From a bacterium (GTDB lineage: Bacteria > T1Sed10-126): a DNA stretch of 11,237 bases. The notes beneath the pieces were generated by a model, which was not told the DNA's origin, searched no databases, and saw only the letters and a list, made by a program, of their open reading frames with translations. The number at the start of each line of letters is the position of its first letter. The stretch's first letter is position 1. Where the stretch lies: NCBI GenBank assembly GCA_051744565.1, contig JBNJDC010000022.1, positions 1 to 11,237 on the forward strand. Reading direction: 5' to 3'. This document shows, piece after piece, positions 6,794 through 11,237 of this stretch. The position numbers were made by a program, and so were the translations under genes.

Positions 6794-7720
6794 TTAACTA
6801 TCCTGCTGGTGGGCCCGGGGATGGGTTTCGTCGTAAATTCGCTTGAGCTGGTCGGTAGAGACGTGGGTATAAACCTGGGTCGTGGAAATATTGGTATGTC
6901 CTAAAAGTTCCTGGACCACCCGCAAATTAGCTCCCCGGTTGAGCATGTGGGTCGCGCAGCTATGGCGAAAAACATGGGGACTTATAGATTTTGAAACGGA
7001 GCAGCGAGCGCTGTATTTATCAACCAGGTAACGAACTCCGCGGGTTGACAACCGTTCGCCCCTGCTATTTTTAAACATCGGTTCATCGGGATCAGTATCC
7101 ACTTTACGAGCGTAGCCTTCCAGGGCCTGAACTGCCGGCGGCCCCAGCGGGACAACACGTTCATCTCCCCCCTTGCCCAATAGTTTTAACTGATTTTTCT
7201 CGCGGGCGTAATCCCCCCAGTCCAGTCCTACTGCTTCTGAAACCCGGGCGCCGGTGGAATACAGAACTTCAAAAATCGCCCTGTCTCGCCGCCCGCTCCC
7301 CGTGGAAGTATCCGGAAGTTCCAGGAACTTTTCGATTTCATTCTCACTCCAGACGGTCGGCAGCTGCCGGCGCCGATCACGAAAAGTAAGATCGCCAGCC
7401 GGATTATCCTCCCGAAACTGTCTCTTGACCAGGAAAGAATAAAAAGCGCGCAGGGTTGCAACTTTTCGTTCCACCGTGCTGCCGGCCAGCCCCTGTTCCC
7501 GCAACCAACCAAGGTATTGTTTAAGCTCCGCTTCGCCCAGCTCCTCCAGTTTATCCCCCAGTTCAAGAGTCAAAATAAATCCCCCCAGTTGATCCAGATC
7601 CGCCCGGTAGGCCCTGATTGTATCGTCGGAAAAATCGCGCTCATGCCGGCAATATTGAATAAAACGTTTGTAGGCTTCAGTTTTCCAGGGAGGGTCTTCT
7701 TGTTGTCGGTTTGCGGACAA
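6794..7720 (-). CDS. xerC: Tyrosine site-specific recombinase of the XerC/XerD family. Its position corresponds to B. subtilis codV/xerC, upstream of the fla operon.
   Basis: The 308-aa protein has an N-terminal core-binding domain (TIRAYRADLDQL...TVERKVATLRAFYSFL). Its C-terminal catalytic domain contains R...HxxR...Y motifs (ARVSEAVGLDWGD; PHVFRHSCATHMLNRGANLRVVQELLGHTNISTTQVYTHV). Only a TTG start at 7720 is available, with no in-frame ATG, and it sits 2 nt after the dprA stop. XerC versus XerD cannot be resolved from sequence alone. Confidence 0.88.
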   Translation of the reverse strand: MSANRQQEDPPWKTEAYKRFIQYCRHERDFSDDTIRAYRADLDQLGGFILTLELGDKLEELGEAELKQYLGWLREQGLAGSTVERKVATLRAFYSFLVKRQFREDNPAGDLTFRDRRRQLPTVWSENEIEKFLELPDTSTGSGRRDRAIFEVLYSTGARVSEAVGLDWGDYAREKNQLKLLGKGGDERVVPLGPPAVQALEGYARKVDTDPDEPMFKNSRGERLSTRGVRYLVDKYSARCSVSKSISPHVFRHSCATHMLNRGANLRVVQELLGHTNISTTQVYTHVSTDQLKRIYDETHPRAHQQDS

Positions 7721-7722
7721 AA

Positions 7723-8913
7723 TTAATCACTCGCTTCTTCAACAATTTCAAGTTGATGATAATCGGGACTGCGCTGATAAAACTGTCCCGGCAGGGGCAG
7801 GGCAAGATTTTCTCGCTCCAGTTCCATCAACAGTCGCGAACATTCGCCTATTTCCAGCTCCTGTTTATGAACCAATTCATCCAGGTGAGTCGGTTTATCG
7901 GATAATTCTTCCAGCAATTGTTTGGCTGCCCCGGAAATAGCCACTTTACCTTCCGCCGGGGTAAATTTTCCATCAAGTTGAAGACAATCCAGGATATCTT
8001 CAGCAGTTTCCACCAGGGCCGCCCCCTGCTTGATTAACAGGTGACAACCCGAGTGCAGGGGTTCCCGGGCCCGCCCCGGAACAGCATAGACATCCCGGCC
8101 CTGTTCGAGAGCAAAATCAGCGGTAATCAAAGCCCCGCTGCGAGTTGGAGCCTGAACAACCACCACCGCAGTTGACAGACCACTGATTATCCGGTTGCGC
8201 CGGGGAAAATTTCTTGCATCCGGTTTGCTGCCGGGAGGATACTCAGAAACGACCAGCGCCCGCTCGCAGATTTTTTTCTGCAAATCGCGATTGCCAGCGG
8301 GATAAGCTCTATCCAACCCTGTACCGAGCACAGCCACCGTCAGACTGTTCTTCAGGGCCCCGTAATGGGCCGCAGTATCAATGCCGGCCGCCTGCCCGCT
8401 CACCACGCATACACCGGCTGAGGCCAGGTTTTCACCAAGCTGACGGGCAATGTGTTTGCCGCGGGAGGAAGCTTTCCGTGTGCCCACAATAGCAACACTG
8501 GTTGCAGAAAACAATTCAGTGTTCCCCCGGTAAAACAGGGCGGGGGGAGGAGAATAAATCCTGGTTAGAGGTTCGGGATAGCAATCATCAGCCCGGCTAA
8601 TAACTCCAATATTGAGTTTTTTTAACTTTTGTCGGGCCGCGTCAACATCCCACTGTTTAAGATCTTCTGCCAGCCGGCGCTTTTTTTTAGTTCCCAGTCC
8701 TTCAACATTTAATTTTTCCAGCAAATCGGGTGTTTCAAATAAATTGCTAATTTCCAGTGTCTGCCGGATAAGACTGTTTATTAGTTTAGGCCCGACCCCC
8801 CTGGTATTTAACAGGAGGGCCCGGGCCACAGACTCCGGATTTAAAAGTATTTTCTCGCCAATATTAGTTCTCCCCCAATCGCTCGAGTGCCCGCTTAATT
8901 TCTGGAGCATCAT
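7723..8913 (-). CDS. dprA: DNA processing protein DprA (Smf), the RecA loader for ssDNA.
   Basis: The Rossmann-fold DprA core is present (VAIVGTRKASSRGKHIARQLGENLASAGVCVVSGQAAGIDTAAHYGALK...DRAYPAGNRDLQKKI...PPGSKPDARNFPRRNRIISGLSTAVVVVQA), with an N-terminal helix-hairpin-helix-like segment (LLLNTRGVGPKLINSLI) and a C-terminal winged-helix extension. The longest ORF starts at a TTG at 8988 and would overlap the upstream TPR gene by 125 nt. The likelier starts are ATG at 8925 or the ATGATG pair at 8913/8910, which still overlap the TPR stop by 47-62 nt. The start is unresolved. Confidence 0.85.
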   Translation of the reverse strand: MMLQKLSGHSSDWGRTNIGEKILLNPESVARALLLNTRGVGPKLINSLIRQTLEISNLFETPDLLEKLNVEGLGTKKKRRLAEDLKQWDVDAARQKLKKLNIGVISRADDCYPEPLTRIYSPPPALFYRGNTELFSATSVAIVGTRKASSRGKHIARQLGENLASAGVCVVSGQAAGIDTAAHYGALKNSLTVAVLGTGLDRAYPAGNRDLQKKICERALVVSEYPPGSKPDARNFPRRNRIISGLSTAVVVVQAPTRSGALITADFALEQGRDVYAVPGRAREPLHSGCHLLIKQGAALVETAEDILDCLQLDGKFTPAEGKVAISGAAKQLLEELSDKPTHLDELVHKQELEIGECSRLLMELERENLALPLPGQFYQRSPDYHQLEIVEEASD

Positions 8914-9688
8914 CAACAAGTTCATTGGCCCGCAGGTAATATTCCCGGGCCAATCCCGCCGAACCACTATCTTCGTAAATCCTGGCAATATTCTTCAGGG
9001 CATAAAATTTTGATTGCCGGGATATACCATCCATATCGGGAACTTTAGCGAGAGCATCAATTGCCGCCGAATAATTTCCTTCACGGTGTTCAAGCCGGGC
9101 CAGGGCGAAACGAGCGTTAGTAATTGTATCTCTATTCTTTACTGTTTCCCCACTTTCAAAGGCTACTTTTTCCAGGTAATCGCGCCCGGTTTGAACGTTT
9201 CCGAGCCGAAAAGAATGGAGGACTCCCAGGCCATAGCGAGCCGCTATATAATCTTTATTCAGCTGGAGAGCAACCTCAAACGCTTCCTTAGCCTCTTCAG
9301 CCCGGGCAGTATCCACTTTTGCCCATTGACTGTAAATCTGGCCTTTTTGAAGATACCACTGGGCATTGGTGGGTTGTAACTGGATTAATTTTTCCACTTC
9401 CCGGGCAGCAAGAGGCCACATTTCCCGTTCGATATAGCGATTTATTAATTTCCGGAGAGCAAAAATTCGCCACTCGGCAGCTTCAACCTGGACTTTAACA
9501 AGCCGTTCAAGCAATCGTTCCGACGTCTGCAGGTTCTGGATAACTTTCGTGTCAGAAAAATCATCAGACCTGGTGAGAGTTTTGGCTGTCTCGAGTGCTT
9601 TTTCAGCCTCCGTCTGGCCACAGGCAGAGGTTAAAAAAACTAATAGAGGTAAAATTAACAGGCAAATTATTTTCTCTTGACTTTTCAA
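8864..9688 (-). CDS. Tetratricopeptide-repeat (TPR) protein with an N-terminal signal peptide and a probable lipobox. The function is unknown.
   Basis: The 274-aa protein has an N-terminus MKSQEKIICLLILPLLVFLTSAC|GQ that is consistent with a lipoprotein signal peptide, with Cys at +1 after L-T-S-A. Repeated amphipathic helix pairs carry W/Y/L-G-Y-A-F-A-P spacing typical of TPRs (e.g. AQWYLQKGQIYSQWAKVDTARAEEAKEAFEVALQLNKDYIAARYGLGV...). It uses a TTG start with a weak SD. A 25-nt gap separates it from the hflC stop. Confidence 0.7.
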   Translation of the reverse strand: MKSQEKIICLLILPLLVFLTSACGQTEAEKALETAKTLTRSDDFSDTKVIQNLQTSERLLERLVKVQVEAAEWRIFALRKLINRYIEREMWPLAAREVEKLIQLQPTNAQWYLQKGQIYSQWAKVDTARAEEAKEAFEVALQLNKDYIAARYGLGVLHSFRLGNVQTGRDYLEKVAFESGETVKNRDTITNARFALARLEHREGNYSAAIDALAKVPDMDGISRQSKFYALKNIARIYEDSGSAGLAREYYLRANELVDDAPEIKRALERLGEN

Positions 9689-9713
9689 AATTTCACTTCC
9701 CTGCTTTTATCTA

Positions 9714-10823
9714 TTAATCGGTGTTCACACCCGTCATATATTCCATCAACTGATTATCATCGGAAAGAAGAAAATAGGTGTTTTTCCCCATCGATTCTTC
9801 GTAAGTCTTGAGACTGCGCTGGAAGGCAAAGAAATCCGGATCTTCCTGGTAGGCGCCGGCCCAGATTCGAATGCTCTGCCTTTCAGCGGCCCCGAGGATC
9901 TCCTGGACTTCCCGTTCAGCCCCGGAAACAATCTCATTCTCTTCCCGATTAACCTGACCGCGAATTTCCCGGCTTGCCCGCTCACCCTGGGCTCGATAGC
10001 GCGCGGCTATCCGTTCTCTCTCCGCTCGCATTCTATCGTATACGCGCTGACGGACATCTTCGGTATAATTTATCTGGGTAAACATTAAATCAACCAGTCT
10101 TGCTCCAAACTGTTCTTTAATTTCCCGGGCAACATCCTCTTTTATCCGCCTGAGCAGCTCGGAGCGGCCATAATTAATCTGGGCGGCGTCCACTTCCTCC
10201 TCGACCTCTATGTCCGTCTCCTCTTCAGTGGCCGTCTCCAGGCGTTCTTCAATCCGTTCGTCCAGCTCCAGGTTTTGATTTCTAACCGTTTCAATCAACC
10301 TGGTCTCGGAAACATGATCTTCAACCACGGAGTTTATAATCGATCCCAGGCGATTTTCCGCCTGAATTTCTTCCCCGATTGCTTCGTAAAAACGAATCGG
10401 ATCAGCTATTCGCCAGCGGGCGCTTATGTTAAGCGACAGGGTTCTCAAATCGCGCGTGGATACTTCCTTGGGCTCGCCATTCCAGCGCAATATCCTTGAG
10501 TCCAGGTAGTGAGCCCGTTCAATAAAAGGCACCTTAAAATAAAGCCCTGCTCCAGTGTGAATAATACCTTCGGAATACCGCTCGCTCAATTTTTTTATCA
10601 GTTCCTCTTCAGTTTCTTCCTTGTCTTCCTCTTCCGCGGAGGTGGTGCCGGGATCAGAAAAACGGTTGCTGGTAACAACAGCATACTGCACCTCACCAAA
10701 CCTGGTAACAACCACATTTTGATATTCGGGAACAAAATAAATAGTTCCCGATACATAGGAAACAATAACAAGACCAACCAGGACTGCTAAAGTAAGAACA
10801 ATTCCACGTATAATAACTTTCAT
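9714..10823 (-). CDS. hflC: Membrane-protease modulator HflC (SPFH/band-7 family).
   Basis: The protein has an N-terminal TM helix (IVLTLAVLVGLVIVSYV), then VVVTRFGEV and the SPFH domain. Its C-terminal region has the HflC-type motif ...GAYQEDPDFFAFQRSLKTYEESMGKNTYFLLSDDNQLMEYM. The RBS is AGGAGGG-6nt-ATG. The start overlaps the hflK stop as ATGA. Two acidic insertions make it 369 aa. Confidence 0.85.
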   Translation of the reverse strand: MKVIIRGIVLTLAVLVGLVIVSYVSGTIYFVPEYQNVVVTRFGEVQYAVVTSNRFSDPGTTSAEEEDKEETEEELIKKLSERYSEGIIHTGAGLYFKVPFIERAHYLDSRILRWNGEPKEVSTRDLRTLSLNISARWRIADPIRFYEAIGEEIQAENRLGSIINSVVEDHVSETRLIETVRNQNLELDERIEERLETATEEETDIEVEEEVDAAQINYGRSELLRRIKEDVAREIKEQFGARLVDLMFTQINYTEDVRQRVYDRMRAERERIAARYRAQGERASREIRGQVNREENEIVSGAEREVQEILGAAERQSIRIWAGAYQEDPDFFAFQRSLKTYEESMGKNTYFLLSDDNQLMEYMTGVNTD

Positions 10824-11237
10824 TGTATTCCCTCCTGCAGATCAAGCAGGGGCAGCAAGCCCTTGACCTGTTTATCAAGTATAAAAACTCTTTCCGAATC
10901 CGAAATAATTTTCTGCATAGTTTCCAGCTGCATTCGCCGCCTGGTTACTTTTGGAGCCTGCTGATACTCACGCAGTATCTTTTTAAATCTTCGGGCGTCT
11001 CCAAGGGCCCTGTTAATCATTGCTGCACTGTCCCCCTGGGCTTCCGAGACAAGCTGCTCGGCAGTCCCCTTTGCTTCATTGATAATTTTTTCCCGCCGCT
11101 GCTGCGCTTCATGACGAATTTCCTCGCGTTTCTGGCGAGCCTGGTCAACCTTTTGAAACGCGGAAGCAACGGGCTCGGGAGGTTCGCTGGATTGAATAAC
11201 TACATTTGAAATATCAATTCCCGCCCCATATTGATCC
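10820..11237 (-). CDS. hflK: Membrane-protease modulator HflK, C-terminal portion only. The 5' end lies beyond the window end.
   Basis: The minus-strand frame is open from the window edge: DQYGAGIDISNVVIQSSEPPEPVASAFQKVDQARQKREEIRHEAQQRREKIINEAKGTAEQLVSEAQGDSAAMINRALGDARRFKKILREYQQAPKVTRRRMQLETMQKII...LLPLLDL. This matches the conserved HflK C-terminus (…EA.GDA.RF…EY..APEVTR.RLYLETME.VL…). The 66-aa track ORF at 10820..11020 is only its tail, read from an internal Met. Confidence 0.85.
   Translation of the reverse strand, partial: DQYGAGIDISNVVIQSSEPPEPVASAFQKVDQARQKREEIRHEAQQRREKIINEAKGTAEQLVSEAQGDSAAMINRALGDARRFKKILREYQQAPKVTRRRMQLETMQKIISDSERVFILDKQVKGLLPLLDLQEGIQ

Noticed and set aside
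6982-7905. ORFs 6982..7164(-), 7228..7566(-), 7254..7442(+), 7517..7726(+) and 7711..7905(+).
   Set aside because: They are alternate-frame or antisense ORFs within xerC and the dprA 3' end.
8214-9379. ORFs 8214..8492(+), 8612..9013(+) and 9014..9379(+).
   Set aside because: They are antisense to dprA and the TPR gene, which carry continuous homology or TPR periodicity on the minus strand.
10820-11020. The 66-aa ORF treated as an independent small gene.
   Set aside because: The frame is open upstream to the window edge and the sequence is the conserved HflK C-terminus. It is the tail of a partial hflK, not a separate gene.
9746-11209. ORFs 9746..9985(-), 10275..10499(+), 10509..10790(+), 10693..10878(-) and 10823..11209(+).
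   Set aside because: They are alternate-frame or antisense ORFs inside hflC and hflK. The 128-aa ORF at 10823..11209 is exactly antisense to the conserved HflK C-terminus.
1-11237. CRISPR array, toxin–antitoxin pair, restriction–modification or other defence or mobile island.
   Set aside because: There are no regularly spaced direct repeats, no small adjacent gene pairs, and no nuclease-, methylase-, transposase- or phage-like ORFs. Every substantial ORF is a conserved flagellar or housekeeping gene. The only recombinase is chromosomal XerC/XerD-type, sitting in its conserved context.

Overview
The window is a single co-directional gene array on the minus strand, and I see no novel system in it. 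No CRISPR array, toxin–antitoxin-like pair, defence-island architecture, transposase or phage gene is present.

The genes, in minus-strand transcription order, are: hflK (partial, runs off the window), hflC, a TPR-repeat lipoprotein, dprA, a tyrosine recombinase (xerC/codV-like), a 488-bp non-coding gap, then the flagellar rod/MS-ring/switch/export block flgB-flgC-fliE-fliF-fliG-fliH-fliI (fliI 3' end just beyond base 1). The dprA … xerC – flgB–fliI order resembles the Firmicutes (B. subtilis-type) fla/che upstream context, but without topA, hslVU or codY. Taxon cannot be assigned from sequence alone. GC content looks near 50% and the proteins are very Glu/Lys/Arg-rich, which fits a thermophilic or halophilic anaerobe (Clostridia-like or Thermotogota-like).

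Every ORF-track entry on the plus strand is antisense to one of these conserved genes and is judged spurious.

What the genes do not explain is mostly in the xerC–flgB gap: a family of three related GC-stem hairpins (GTCATT-stem-loop-AAT, two direct and one inverted), a 13-nt imperfect inverted-repeat pair bracketing about 155 bp, an intrinsic-terminator-like hairpin with a T-tract on the minus strand, and short tandem repeats just after the xerC stop. Other modest observations: a perfect 21-bp palindrome abutting the fliF ribosome-binding site, unusually long spacers around fliE and between fliF and fliG, heavy use of TTG/GTG starts, and an unresolved dprA start that overlaps the TPR gene.
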